From Rhizobium sp. Q54 (GTDB lineage Bacteria > Pseudomonadota > Alphaproteobacteria > UBA2966 > CAIVPW01): a stretch of 64,000 bases of DNA. Positions 18,572 to 28,439 of the stretch are shown one piece after another. The stretch lies in the NCBI GenBank assembly GCA_945904955.1, contig CAMDPO010000007.1, positions 11,839 to 75,838 on the forward strand, given 5' to 3'. The position numbers and the translations under genes are program-made. Every line of letters begins with the position of its first letter. Position 1 is the stretch's first letter. The notes under the pieces are model-generated. The model had not been told where the DNA came from and ran no database searches. It worked only from the letters and a program-made list of their open reading frames with translations.

Positions 18572-18657
18572 TTCTTGCCAGGCGCGCGGCCGGCGGCCGC
18601 CACACCCTGACCCTGCGGCCGGTTCTCCCGGCCCCGGTTTTCTGGTACGCGGCATGG

Positions 18658-19212
18658 GTGGGCGCCCCGATCCTTGTCCTCTATGCGCATCCGCGCCCGG
18701 AACTATCGCGCGTCAACCAGGCGATGGCGGAGGCGGTACGCGACCTCCCCGAGGTCGTCGTGCGCGATCTCTACGGCCTCTATCCGGACTACGTCATCGA
18801 CGTCGACGCCGAACAACAGGCGGTGCGGCAAGCGGACATCCTCGTTTGGCACCACCCCCTGCAGTGGTACAGCGGCCCGCCCATTCTGAAGGAGTGGATC
18901 GACGTCGTGCTGGCGCGCGGCTGGGCGTATGGCCACGGCGGCACTGCATTGCGGGGCAAGCTGGTGTTGTCGGCGGTCTCGACCGGCGGCAAGCCCGAGG
19001 CGTACCAGCGCGAGGGATTCCATGGCCACACCGTGCCGGACTTCCTGCGTCCCTATGAGCGCACCGCGACCCTGTGCGGCATGAAGTACCTCGAGCCGTT
19101 CGTCTTCTACGGCTCCTACGCGGCAACGGAGACCCAGGTGCACGAACACGCCGAGGCATACCGCGCCCACCTACAGTCCCTCGCCAAGCAGCGCGCGGCG
19201 GAGCACGGCTGA
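18658..19212 (+). CDS. kefF: Kef ancillary NAD(P)H oxidoreductase (flavodoxin-like)
   Basis: ILVLYAHP, DLYGLYPDY.IDV.AEQ, WYSGPPILKEWID.VL..GWAYG; abuts kefC; KefF vs KefG not resolved. Confidence 0.82.
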   Translation: MGAPILVLYAHPRPELSRVNQAMAEAVRDLPEVVVRDLYGLYPDYVIDVDAEQQAVRQADILVWHHPLQWYSGPPILKEWIDVVLARGWAYGHGGTALRGKLVLSAVSTGGKPEAYQREGFHGHTVPDFLRPYERTATLCGMKYLEPFVFYGSYAATETQVHEHAEAYRAHLQSLAKQRAAEHG

Positions 19213-21044
19213 TGGACGGCCACAACGTCCTTCTCAGCGCCTTCTTCTTCCTCGCTGCGGCGGTTGCGGTGGTGCCGTTCGCGCGGCGCGGCGGCCTTGG
19301 CTCGGTGCTGGGCTATCTGCTCGCGGGCGTGTTCATCGGACCGTACGCGTTGGGACTCGTCACCAACGCCGAGGACATCCTGCATTTCTCCGAGTTCGGC
19401 GTCGTCATGATGCTGTTCCTCGTCGGCCTCGAGCTCGAGCCCGCCAAGCTGTGGCGGCTGCGCGTACCGATCCTGGGCATGGGTGGCGCTCAGGTCGTGG
19501 GAACCGCGCTCGTCTTGGCGCTCATCGCGATCCTGCTCGGCCAGACGTGGCAGACGGGCATCGCGATCGGCATGGCGTTGTCGCTGTCATCGACCGCCAT
19601 TGCCCTCCAAATCCTCAACGAGCGCCACGTCCTCGGCACCACGGCCGGGCAGTCGGCGTTCTCGGTTCTGCTGTTCCAGGACATCGCCGTCATCCCCATC
19701 CTGGCGATCCTGCCGCTGCTGGCGACCGGCCTGCTCGACGGCAGCGCCGTGGCAGCGGCGAGCGACGACGGACCTGCGTGGCTGCGCGCCCTTACGGTCA
19801 TCGGCGTGGTAGCGGGCATCGTGCTGGCGGGCAGGTACGCGCTGCGCCCGGTATTCCGCTTCATTGCCGGCAGCGGCATCCGCGAGATTTTCACCGCCAC
19901 GGCACTCCTGCTGGTGGTCGGCACGGCGTTGCTGATGCAGCTGATCGGGTTGTCACCGGCCCTGGGCACGTTCTTGGCCGGCGTCGTGCTCGCCAACTCC
20001 GAGTATCGCCTGGCGCTCGAGTCCGACATCGAGCCGTTCAAGGCGCTGCTGCTCGGGCTGTTCTTCATCTCGGTCGGCATGTCGATCAATTTCGGGGTGA
20101 TCGGCGATCATCCCGTGCTGATCGGCGGCCTCGTGGTCGGCATGATCGCCGTGAAGCTGGGCGTGCTGTTGGTGCTGGCGCGCGCCTTCGGCTTGCCCGG
20201 CGAGCAGAACCTTCTGTTCTCGTTCGTGCTGGCCCAAGGCGGTGAGTTCGCCTTCGTGCTGTTCCAGTTCGCCGCAGCGGAAGGCGCGCTGACCAGCGAG
20301 GTCACGGAGATGCTGGTCGTCGTCGTGGCGCTGTCGATGGCAACGACGCCGCTCCTGATGATCCTGCTCGACCGGGTGTTGCGGCGCATGCGCTCACCGG
20401 CCAACCAACGCGAGCCCGACAAGATCGAGCTCGAGGGCCACCCGGTCATCGTCATCGGCTACGGCCGCTTCGGCCAGATCGTCGGCCGATTCCTGTCGGC
20501 GAACGGCGTCGGCATGGTCATCCTCGACAACGATCCCGACCACGTCGAGGTGCTGCGCCAGTTCGGCGTGCGCGCGTTCTACGGCGACGCCACCCGCCTC
20601 GATCTTTTGGAGCGCGCCGGCGGCGAGACCGCCAAGCTGTTCGTGGTCGCCATCGACGACAAAGAGAAGACCGTGGCGACCGTGCAGGCCATCCGCGAGC
20701 GGTTCCCCCAGGCCAAGGTGTTCGCCCGGGCGCGCAACCGCGACCACGTCTACGACCTGTGGAGCGCCGGCGCCCACTTCACGCACCGCGAAACCTTCGA
20801 TGCCGCCCTGACGATGGGCCGCGAAGCCCTGGTGGCGCTGGGCGAGCATCCCTTTGCGGCGCGGCGGCGGGCGCGCATGTTCTCCGAGCACGACGAGAAG
20901 ATGCTGGCGGACGGCTACGCCGTGCGCGACAGCGACGAGTCGTTGGTCAAGCTGTCGCGGCAGGCGCGCGAGCAACTCGAGCGCCTCGTCGCCGTCGACA
21001 AGGGCGTGACGCCCGCCGAGAAGGATCACGGCTGGGGCGACTGA
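19212..21044 (+). CDS. kefC: Glutathione-regulated K+ efflux protein (CPA2 + KTN domain)
   Basis: LGSVLGYLLAG, SEFGVV, LLFQDIA, DIEPFK and KTN GYGRFGQ; KefC vs KefB not resolved. Confidence 0.88.
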   Translation: MDGHNVLLSAFFFLAAAVAVVPFARRGGLGSVLGYLLAGVFIGPYALGLVTNAEDILHFSEFGVVMMLFLVGLELEPAKLWRLRVPILGMGGAQVVGTALVLALIAILLGQTWQTGIAIGMALSLSSTAIALQILNERHVLGTTAGQSAFSVLLFQDIAVIPILAILPLLATGLLDGSAVAAASDDGPAWLRALTVIGVVAGIVLAGRYALRPVFRFIAGSGIREIFTATALLLVVGTALLMQLIGLSPALGTFLAGVVLANSEYRLALESDIEPFKALLLGLFFISVGMSINFGVIGDHPVLIGGLVVGMIAVKLGVLLVLARAFGLPGEQNLLFSFVLAQGGEFAFVLFQFAAAEGALTSEVTEMLVVVVALSMATTPLLMILLDRVLRRMRSPANQREPDKIELEGHPVIVIGYGRFGQIVGRFLSANGVGMVILDNDPDHVEVLRQFGVRAFYGDATRLDLLERAGGETAKLFVVAIDDKEKTVATVQAIRERFPQAKVFARARNRDHVYDLWSAGAHFTHRETFDAALTMGREALVALGEHPFAARRRARMFSEHDEKMLADGYAVRDSDESLVKLSRQAREQLERLVAVDKGVTPAEKDHGWGD

Positions 21045-21062
21045 CGCCGCCCGAGCCAGGTC

Positions 21063-21590
21063 TTAGTGCAAGCGGTCGGGAACGATCTCGACCGGCGCGC
21101 CCTCGGTGTGCACGGCGAAGTCGAGGTCCCACTCGGCCTTGGTGACGATCTGGCCGAGGATGTGGGTGAACGAGTGCAGCAGTTCGTCGGTCAAGGCGAT
21201 GGTGATCTCCTTGCCGGTGAGCGGCGAGATGTGCAGCACCTTCATGCCCTGGGCGTTCGTCGACAGGCGCAGGCGCGCGGCAACGATGGGCTGCTCGCCG
21301 AGCGGCCGGTCGGTGATCTTGGGCGCCTCGTATTCCTTGGAGAAGTCGGTCTTGGAGAGCGCCGACTCACGCCGGAACGCGGCGACCGACTTGCGCGCAG
21401 CGGGGCTCGAGTGGCGCACCACGTCGGGGTGCGTCTCGATCGACTGCTGCAGCTGACGCCACAGCAGCTTCACGTACCGCCGCGTGAACCAGATCAAGTA
21501 CTCGGCGTGGTCCGTCGTGCTGACGCGAAACAGCACGCGGTCTTCCTCCGCGCTGTACTCGAAGCGGAACTGATAGAGACTCGCGACCAT
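21063..21590 (-). CDS. Conserved hypothetical protein
   Basis: Clean ORF with typical codon usage; YSAEEDRVLFRV...WFTRR...AEWDL. Confidence 0.7.
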   Translation of the reverse strand: MVASLYQFRFEYSAEEDRVLFRVSTTDHAEYLIWFTRRYVKLLWRQLQQSIETHPDVVRHSSPAARKSVAAFRRESALSKTDFSKEYEAPKITDRPLGEQPIVAARLRLSTNAQGMKVLHISPLTGKEITIALTDELLHSFTHILGQIVTKAEWDLDFAVHTEGAPVEIVPDRLH

Positions 21591-21710
21591 GTGCCCCCGG
21601 CCTCCCCCGAGGCCGGGGCAACGCTACCGCGACCGTGAATTTCGTCAAGACCCTCAGGCCCTTAACCATCATGGGCGGGCGGAATCCTTGGATTCCGCGC
21701 ACCTCCGCGG

Positions 21711-22499
21711 CTAGGGGCGGATCAGGCCGTATTCGATAAACTTTTCGCGATAGACCGCCTCGTCGGGGTCCAGCTCGAACGCCAGGGCGAAGTCGTCGCG
21801 CGCCTCGGCCTCGATACCGAGCGCTTCCCATGCGAGGCCGCGATTGAATACCGCGACGACCCCGTCTGCCGGGGTGAGCGCCATGTCCATGGCGGTGGTG
21901 AAGTCCTCGATCGCTTCTTCGTAGAACTTGAGGCGCAGATACGCCTGGGCGCGGTTCGCGAAGTACGGTCCGTTGTTGGGGCTGAGGCGGATCGCCGTGG
22001 TGTGGTCGGCGAGGGCCTGATCGTGCAAGCCGTTCAGGCTGCGCAGCGCGCCGCGATTGTTGAACGCCTCGGCAAAGGTCGGATCGAGGGTGACGGCGCG
22101 CGTGTAGTCCTCCAGCGCGAGATCGGGACGCTCCATGCGCAGGTGGGCGAGGGCGCGGTTGTTGTGCACGCGCGCGGCGAATTGCGGCGGCAGTCCGATG
22201 GCGAGCGCCTGGGCATAGTCCTCGATGGCGCCTGTGTAGTCCGCCTGCCGCCGGCGCGCGTCGCCGCGGTACGACAGCACTCCCGCCTGGTCCCCGCGGG
22301 CGAGCGTGCCGGCATCGAGAGCGCGCGTCGCGTAGAACTGCGCCAGCTGCCAGTTGCCGGCGCGCAGGGAGTCGAACGCGCGCAAGGCGTCTTGCATCGC
22401 CGTCTCGGGCGCGAGCTGTGCCGAGGCGGGCGCGGCGGGCGCGGCGACGCCCAAGGCAAGACACGCGACAAGGAGAAGAAGGAGCCTGCGCATGCGCAC
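21711..22499 (-). CDS. Secreted tetratricopeptide-repeat protein
   Basis: Signal peptide; about five NNR(G/A)...A..D(Y/F)..A TPR repeats. Confidence 0.85.
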   Translation of the reverse strand: MRMRRLLLLLVACLALGVAAPAAPASAQLAPETAMQDALRAFDSLRAGNWQLAQFYATRALDAGTLARGDQAGVLSYRGDARRRQADYTGAIEDYAQALAIGLPPQFAARVHNNRALAHLRMERPDLALEDYTRAVTLDPTFAEAFNNRGALRSLNGLHDQALADHTTAIRLSPNNGPYFANRAQAYLRLKFYEEAIEDFTTAMDMALTPADGVVAVFNRGLAWEALGIEAEARDDFALAFELDPDEAVYREKFIEYGLIRP

Positions 22500-22505
22500 A
22501 GCTTA

Positions 22506-23489
22506 TCACGCCGGCGCGGGCCCCTTCGGCTTGCGGCGTGCGCGCAACCAGAGCAGCGGCGTCGCCAACAGGCCATGGGGCGCTAGCGCGACGGAGAGCA
22601 TGAACAAGAGCCCGAGCGCGAGAATCCACCACTCGCCGAGTGCCTCGGACAGGTAGGACTCGGCGACACGCAACAGGATTGCGGCGAGGAACGCCGCGAG
22701 CAAGACCGAGCGGCCGCCGAGGGCGACCCAGATCAGCACCTCGGCCGACAGCGCAAAGCCGATCAGGCTGGGCGAGGCGAACGCGTCGGTGGCGACGAAC
22801 AACGCACCGGCAAGTCCAGCCACCGCACCGCCGATGACGAATGCGGCGATGCGCAGCACGACTACCGAGTAGCCGAGGTAGGTCAGGCGTTGCGGATTGG
22901 TGCGCAGCGCCGTCAGCAAGACGCCGAAGCGCGAAGCGAGCAGCATCGCCAAGCCGGCGTACAACACCGCCGCGATGGCGAGCAGGACATAGTAGGTGGG
23001 GCGCGGGTCCCACGGATTGTCGCCGACGGGAAGCGGCGGCACGCCGGACAGCCCGTTGTCGGCGCCGAGGGTGTACCAGCCGCGCACGAGCTGCTCGAGG
23101 ATGACGGCGAGCGCCAGGGTGACGATCGCAAGGTAGGCGCCGCTGATGCCTCCACCCCAGAACAGGAACACGCCGACGAGCAACGCGAACAGCGTTGCCG
23201 CGAGCACGGCGAGGCCGAGTGCCGCCCACGCATCGGCGAGCACCGGAATGTCGACGACGCCCAGGGTGAGCAACGCCATCGCATAGCCGCCGACGCCGAA
23301 GAACATCGCCTGGCCAAAGCAAAGGATGCCGGCGCGGCCCCACACCAGGGCGAGGGAGGCGGCGAACAGGCCGAACAGCAGGTAGCGGGCCATCTGGCCG
23401 GTCCAGTAGTCGCCGAGCACGCTGGGCACCGCGGCCAGAGCGGCGAACACAAGGAGAGCCAGCCACGGCGGCGCGTCCCAGCGGCTCAT
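22506..23489 (-). CDS. ABC permease, LivM/UrtC type
   Basis: VWGRAGILCFGQAMFFG and WVALGGR motifs. Confidence 0.88.
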   Translation of the reverse strand: MSRWDAPPWLALLVFAALAAVPSVLGDYWTGQMARYLLFGLFAASLALVWGRAGILCFGQAMFFGVGGYAMALLTLGVVDIPVLADAWAALGLAVLAATLFALLVGVFLFWGGGISGAYLAIVTLALAVILEQLVRGWYTLGADNGLSGVPPLPVGDNPWDPRPTYYVLLAIAAVLYAGLAMLLASRFGVLLTALRTNPQRLTYLGYSVVVLRIAAFVIGGAVAGLAGALFVATDAFASPSLIGFALSAEVLIWVALGGRSVLLAAFLAAILLRVAESYLSEALGEWWILALGLLFMLSVALAPHGLLATPLLWLRARRKPKGPAPA

Positions 23490-24346
23490 GGAGCCCGCAC
23501 TAGGCCGGTCGGGCGCACGCGGATGGCGAGCACGGCGACGACGAAGACGACGATCTGCGCCGCGAGCGGCGACAGCCAATGCCCGAGCAGGCTGTCGGCA
23601 CCGCCGACGATGCCGGTGCCGACGAGCACGCCCGCGAACGACGCGCTGCCGCCGACCAGGATCGACAGGAACGCCGGCACCAGGAAACCGAGGCCCATGT
23701 AGGGATCGACGCTGATGAGCGGCGCGATGAGGGCGCCGGCGAGTCCCGCAAGGGCTGCGCCGAGAACGAACGTGCGCCGCCACACCCGGCGTACGTCGAT
23801 GCCGAGCGCGGCCGCCATGTCGGGACGCGCCATCGCCGCACGCGCCGTCAGGCCGAAGCGCGTGCGCGCAAAGAGCAGCAGCGTCGCGATCAGAACGGTC
23901 GCGGCGAGCGCCATGAGGTACAGGCGATAGGCGGGATAGCTGATGGCGCCGAGCACGACGTCGGCGTCGGTCGGCGCATCGAGGTTGCGCGACTGGGGTC
24001 CGAAGGCGAGGACCACGCCTTGGCGCAGGGCGATCGCAAGGCCCCACGTGGCGAGGATGGTATCGAGCGGTCGCGCCGCGAGACGCTCGATCAGGACGGC
24101 CGAGATCAACCAGCCGACCGCACCGACGGCCAGCGCGGCAAGTGCTGCGGCGAGCCAGAACGGCACGCCCCACCCGACGGCAAGCGCGACGGCGTAGGCG
24201 CCGAGCATGAACAACTCGCCGTGCGCCAAGTTGATGACGCCGAGCAAGCCGAAGATGACGACGAGTCCGAGCGAGACGAGCGCGAGCACCAACACGAACG
24301 ACAGCGCGTCGAGCAGCAGGGGCGCCCAGGCGATCATTGCGTCCAT
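23486..24346 (-). CDS. ABC permease, LivH/UrtB type
   Basis: GLLGVINLAHGE and TILATWG motifs. Confidence 0.88.
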   Translation of the reverse strand: MDAMIAWAPLLLDALSFVLVLALVSLGLVVIFGLLGVINLAHGELFMLGAYAVALAVGWGVPFWLAAALAALAVGAVGWLISAVLIERLAARPLDTILATWGLAIALRQGVVLAFGPQSRNLDAPTDADVVLGAISYPAYRLYLMALAATVLIATLLLFARTRFGLTARAAMARPDMAAALGIDVRRVWRRTFVLGAALAGLAGALIAPLISVDPYMGLGFLVPAFLSILVGGSASFAGVLVGTGIVGGADSLLGHWLSPLAAQIVVFVVAVLAIRVRPTGLVRAP

Positions 24347-24352
24347 GGGCGC

Positions 24353-25045
24353 CTACAGACCGAGATGGCGGTGGATCACCGGCGACTCCGGCGAGAGGTC
24401 CCGCGCCGCGGCACCGCCGGCAATACGGCCATCGACGAGGAATGCGGCGATGGTGGCGATGCGGCGGACCAGCGCAAGATTCTGCTCGACCAGGAACACC
24501 GTGAGGTGCCGGTCGGCGACGATGCGCAGGAGCAGCGAGCCCATCTCCTCGACCAGCGACGGCTGCAGGCCTTCCGATGGCTCATCGAGAATGAGCAGGC
24601 GGGGTTCCGAGACGAGCGCACGGGCAATGGCGAGCGCCTGCTGCTCGCCGCCGGACAAGGTACCGGCCGTGCGGCGGCGCAACTCCGCGAGCGTCGGGAA
24701 CCAGCGATAGACGTGGGCCGGCACGCGGCCGCCGCGCGCCGCAACGCCGAGCTCGAGGTTCTCCTCGACCGTGAATCGCTCGAAGATGCCGCGCCCCTGC
24801 GGCACGTACGCGACGCCGGCGGCGGCGATGCGATGCGGCGGGCGCCCGCCGATCTCGAGCTCATCGAGGCGGATCGATCCGGCGCTGGGGGCGAGCAACC
24901 CCATGAGGGCGCGGCACAGCGTCGTCTTGCCCATGCCGTTGCGCCCCATGAGTGCGGTGACCGTGCCGCGCGGCACGATCATGGAGACGCCCTGCAGCAC
25001 CGTGCCGTGGCCATAGCCGACGTGGAGATCGCTGATCGTCAGCAT
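24353..25045 (-). CDS. ABC ATPase, LivF/UrtE type
   Basis: GRNGMGKT, YVPQGR, LSGGEQQ and LDEPSEGLQP. Confidence 0.9.
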   Translation of the reverse strand: MLTISDLHVGYGHGTVLQGVSMIVPRGTVTALMGRNGMGKTTLCRALMGLLAPSAGSIRLDELEIGGRPPHRIAAAGVAYVPQGRGIFERFTVEENLELGVAARGGRVPAHVYRWFPTLAELRRRTAGTLSGGEQQALAIARALVSEPRLLILDEPSEGLQPSLVEEMGSLLLRIVADRHLTVFLVEQNLALVRRIATIAAFLVDGRIAGGAAARDLSPESPVIHRHLGL

Positions 25046-25049
25046 CGCG

Positions 25050-25751
25050 CTAGGCCGCGTTGCCGAAGTACAGCGCCCGCACTTCCGCGTCGGCGCGCAC
25101 GTCGACGAACGAGCCGGTGCGCAGGATCTTGCCCTTGGCCATGACGGTAACGGCGCAATCCAGGCGCTCGAGGAAGCCGATGTCGTGCTCGATGACCAGG
25201 ACGGTAACGTCCCCCGTTGCGGCGATGTCGCGGATGAGATCGACGGTCGCGGCCGTTTCCGGCGACGTCATGCCGGCGGTCGGCTCGTCGAGCAGCAAGA
25301 GCTTCGGATCGGCGGCCAGCACCATACCGATCTCGACCCATTGGCGCTCGCCGTGGGAGAGCACGCCGGCCGGCACGTCGCGCCGCTCAGACAAGTGCAG
25401 GCGCGTCAACAACGCGTCGATCGGCAACGCGGCGCGCGGGCCCTGCGCGACGCGCAGGTTGTCGGCGACGCTGAGCTCGTCGAACACCGAGGTAACCTGA
25501 AACTTGCGGCCGACACCGAGGCGCGCGATGCGGTGCGCGGGCAGTCCGGCAATGTCGCGCTCATTGATGCGGATGCGTCCGCTGGTCGGACGCAACGCGC
25601 CAGTGATGAGATTGAACAACGTCGATTTGCCGCACCCGTTCGGCCCGATCAGCGCACGCAGCTCGCCGCGCTCGAGGCAAAGGTCGATGCCGTCGACAGC
25701 GTGCACGCCGCCGAAATGACGATGCAGACTATCCAGCTCTAGGAGGGCCAT
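25050..25751 (-). CDS. ABC ATPase, LivG/UrtD type
   Basis: GPNGCGKST, LSHGERQW.EIGM and LDEPTAGM. Confidence 0.9.
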   Translation of the reverse strand: MALLELDSLHRHFGGVHAVDGIDLCLERGELRALIGPNGCGKSTLFNLITGALRPTSGRIRINERDIAGLPAHRIARLGVGRKFQVTSVFDELSVADNLRVAQGPRAALPIDALLTRLHLSERRDVPAGVLSHGERQWVEIGMVLAADPKLLLLDEPTAGMTSPETAATVDLIRDIAATGDVTVLVIEHDIGFLERLDCAVTVMAKGKILRTGSFVDVRADAEVRALYFGNAA

Positions 25752-25917
25752 GGCCTGGACCCGAGGGTTCGGTAGGCTATATTCCGCGCCGTCGCGGGCG
25801 CGCCGCGCGCTTTCCGCTGAAGTGTGTAGCGGTTCAGCGCAGAAAGCGCGCCCTGTACCAACGAAGCATGGGGCGAGAGCTTAGCTCCGGTCCTTCTCGA
25901 AAAGACGAGGAAAAACA

Positions 25918-27120
25918 GTGATATCAACCTCCGCTCGGAAGTTGGCTGGCCGTAGAACCTTTTTGGCCGGTGCTGGCGCCGCGACGTTCGCGGGCGCCTT
26001 CGGTTTTCCCGCCATCGCCCAGGCGCGGCCCATTCCGGTCGGGGCTGTGCTGCCCTTCTCCGGCGGCCTCGAGCTGTTCGGCGAGCAGGCGCGCATCGGC
26101 CTCGATCTGGCGCGCGCTGAGATCAACGCGCGCGGCGGCATCCTGGGCCGGCCGGTCGAGATGCTCTATCGCGACAGCCGCACCGATCCGAAGACGGCGG
26201 CCGAGCGCGCGCGCGAGCTGATCCAGCGCGACGACGCGATCGCCATCGCCGGCGAAATCCTGTCGTCGTCGCGTGAGGCGATGGCGCCGATCATGGACGG
26301 CCTCAAGACGCCGCTGCTGTACGCCACCAACTATGAGGGCGCCAACGACCAGGGCGGCGGCTGTGGCCGCTACCTGTTCTTCTTCAACACGGTGCCGAAC
26401 CAGGATACCGCGCCGCTCATCCCGTGGCTCAACGCTCAGGGCAAGGGCAACCGCTACTACATGTTCGGCCAGAACTACGTGTGGCCGCGCAATATGTTCA
26501 AGGCGGCCAAGCCGATGATTACCCAGGTCGGCGGCTCGGTCGTCGCCGAGGAGTATACCGCCGGCGACGAGAAGGATTTCGTTCCGGTGATCCGCAAGAT
26601 CGCCGATTCGGGCGCGCAGATCCTGTTGTTCGCGCTGCCGGGCGCGCCGGGCATCACCTTCATCAAGCAGGCAGAAGAGTTCGGCTTGCTACGCCGCGTC
26701 ACCATCGCGTTCTTGGGATTCAGCGAGACGTACCTGGGCGCGTTCGGCGAAGGCAAAGGCGAGAACATGGTGGCGGGTGTGCCGTTCGTCGCCAGCGATC
26801 CGGACGCCGGCGTGCGCGACTTCGTTGCGCGCGTGCGCGCCATGCACGGCGCCAGCACCGGCGTCTCGCACTATGTGTTCGCCCACTACAACGCGCTGAT
26901 GGCGCTCAAGGGCGGCATCGAGCGTTCCGGCGAGGTCAGCCGCGAAGGCGCGGTCAACGGCATGACGGGCCTGACTCTCGCCACCGCGACCGGCAACATG
27001 ACGATCACGCCCGACCATCACCTGGCGATGCAGATGTACATCGCCCGCACCGAGGCCGGTCAGCTGCGCGTGGTCGACAAGCTCGGCGTCATCGCGCCCC
27101 AATCGGGCTGCCGCGTCTAG
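25918..27120 (+). CDS. Urea/amide-type ABC substrate-binding protein (UrtA/AmiC-like), Tat signal
   Basis: GRRTFL Tat motif; EINARGGILGR, YEG, PNQ and YVWPR motifs. Confidence 0.85.
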   Translation: MISTSARKLAGRRTFLAGAGAATFAGAFGFPAIAQARPIPVGAVLPFSGGLELFGEQARIGLDLARAEINARGGILGRPVEMLYRDSRTDPKTAAERARELIQRDDAIAIAGEILSSSREAMAPIMDGLKTPLLYATNYEGANDQGGGCGRYLFFFNTVPNQDTAPLIPWLNAQGKGNRYYMFGQNYVWPRNMFKAAKPMITQVGGSVVAEEYTAGDEKDFVPVIRKIADSGAQILLFALPGAPGITFIKQAEEFGLLRRVTIAFLGFSETYLGAFGEGKGENMVAGVPFVASDPDAGVRDFVARVRAMHGASTGVSHYVFAHYNALMALKGGIERSGEVSREGAVNGMTGLTLATATGNMTITPDHHLAMQMYIARTEAGQLRVVDKLGVIAPQSGCRV

Positions 27121-27229
27121 CTCGGATTCCCCTGGATTTCCGCGGCGTTAGGGGCGGCATCGGCCGCCCCTTGCGTCCGTGCGCCGATGCCTGTTTGATC
27201 GCCCGGCTGGGGTAGGAGCAACAGGTATC

Positions 27230-27835
27230 ATGAAGTCGTCCGACGGGTTCTTTTACGAAGGCGAAGTGTTCTATCCGTTCCAGGACATGCTGTTCAACGC
27301 GTTGCTCAGCTTCACGTTCATGTTCCTGGTCGCCTTCATGCTGATCAACCCGGTCGATCAGGACGCCAAGGTCGATCCGAAGGCCGAGTTCCTGATCACC
27401 ATCAATTGGCCCGACAACCACCCCGACGACATGGACCTGTACGTACAGGATCCGCAGGGCGGCATGGTTTGGTACAAGGGCCGCGAAGCCGGCCTGATGC
27501 ACCTCGATCGCGATGACCGCGGCAACTTCCGCGACGTCATCACCGTCGACGGCGTGCGCATCCAGAATCCGCTGAACCAAGAAACCGTGTCGATGCGCGG
27601 CTACATGCAGGGCGAGTACACGGTGAACATTCACCAGTACCTGGCGCAGAACGCAGTCGACAAAGTGCCGGTGTCGGTGAAGGTCGAGAAGCTCAATCCG
27701 GTGGTGACGCTGGTCTACTACGCGACCATCGAGATGCACGACCAGATGGAGCAGACGGTCACGCGCTTCACCCTCGACAACAACGGCGCCGTAACCGACA
27801 TGAAGTTCGACCCGAAGCCCCTGGCGCGCCGCTAG
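27230..27835 (+). CDS. Single-TM protein: ExbD/MotB-like TM with Asp plus periplasmic YfaP/DUF2135-like domain (paralogue A)
   Basis: AGGAG RBS; PFQDMLFNALL TM; W.D..PDDMDLYVQDP.G, LDRDDRG, NQE and GEYTVN. Confidence 0.78.
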   Translation: MKSSDGFFYEGEVFYPFQDMLFNALLSFTFMFLVAFMLINPVDQDAKVDPKAEFLITINWPDNHPDDMDLYVQDPQGGMVWYKGREAGLMHLDRDDRGNFRDVITVDGVRIQNPLNQETVSMRGYMQGEYTVNIHQYLAQNAVDKVPVSVKVEKLNPVVTLVYYATIEMHDQMEQTVTRFTLDNNGAVTDMKFDPKPLARR

Positions 27836-27878
27836 CGCGCCAGCAGCGCAAGTCGGGCGCGCCACCGACCGTGCGTCG

Positions 27879-28415
27879 ATGCGCGGGGGCTTTCTAGCAC
27901 TCGCGCTTCTCGCCTTTTCCGCCGGGGCCGCACCCATCGCGGCCTCCGCCGATCTGGACGGCCCACCGGCGTTTCTGATCACCGCTGTCTGGCCCGATCG
28001 CGACCCGGCCGACGTCGATCTGATCGTGCAAGACCCGCGCGACGGCATCGTCTGGTACAGGGCCCGCGAGACCGAGGTGTTGCGCCTAGATCGCGACGAT
28101 CGCGGCAACTTCCGCGACCCCGAGCCCCTCAACCAAGAGATCGTCTCCGTCCGCGGTGGCCTGCCGGGCGAGTACGTGGTCAATGTCAGCCAGTACGCCC
28201 TGACGGACGTCGAGGAACCCTTGCCGGTGTTCGTGCGGGTCCAGGCGATCAGCCCGGTTGCCCTGACGGTCTACGAGAAGACCGTAGAGATGCGCCGAGT
28301 CTACGAGGTGACCGTCGTGCGCTTCGTGCTCGACGATGCCGGACGCATCACATCCTTCACCTTCGAGGACAAGCCTCTCGCCGCGGCCGCGCGGACGAAG
28401 GTGGGACTGCGGTAA
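27879..28415 (+). CDS. Secreted YfaP/DUF2135-like domain protein (paralogue lacking the TM anchor)
   Basis: Signal peptide ending ASA; FLITAVWPD..PADVDLIVQDP, LDRDDRGNFRD, PLNQE and GEYVVNV shared with the upstream gene. Confidence 0.72.
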   Translation: MRGGFLALALLAFSAGAAPIAASADLDGPPAFLITAVWPDRDPADVDLIVQDPRDGIVWYRARETEVLRLDRDDRGNFRDPEPLNQEIVSVRGGLPGEYVVNVSQYALTDVEEPLPVFVRVQAISPVALTVYEKTVEMRRVYEVTVVRFVLDDAGRITSFTFEDKPLAAAARTKVGLR

Positions 28416-28439
28416 CCAAGCGGCCCCTCCTCGCGTGCG

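Noticed and set aside
18654-18660. Frameshift at the kefF start (ATG at 18654 out of frame)
   Set aside because: The in-frame GTG at 18658 gives a full-length protein starting just before the conserved ILVLYAHP motif
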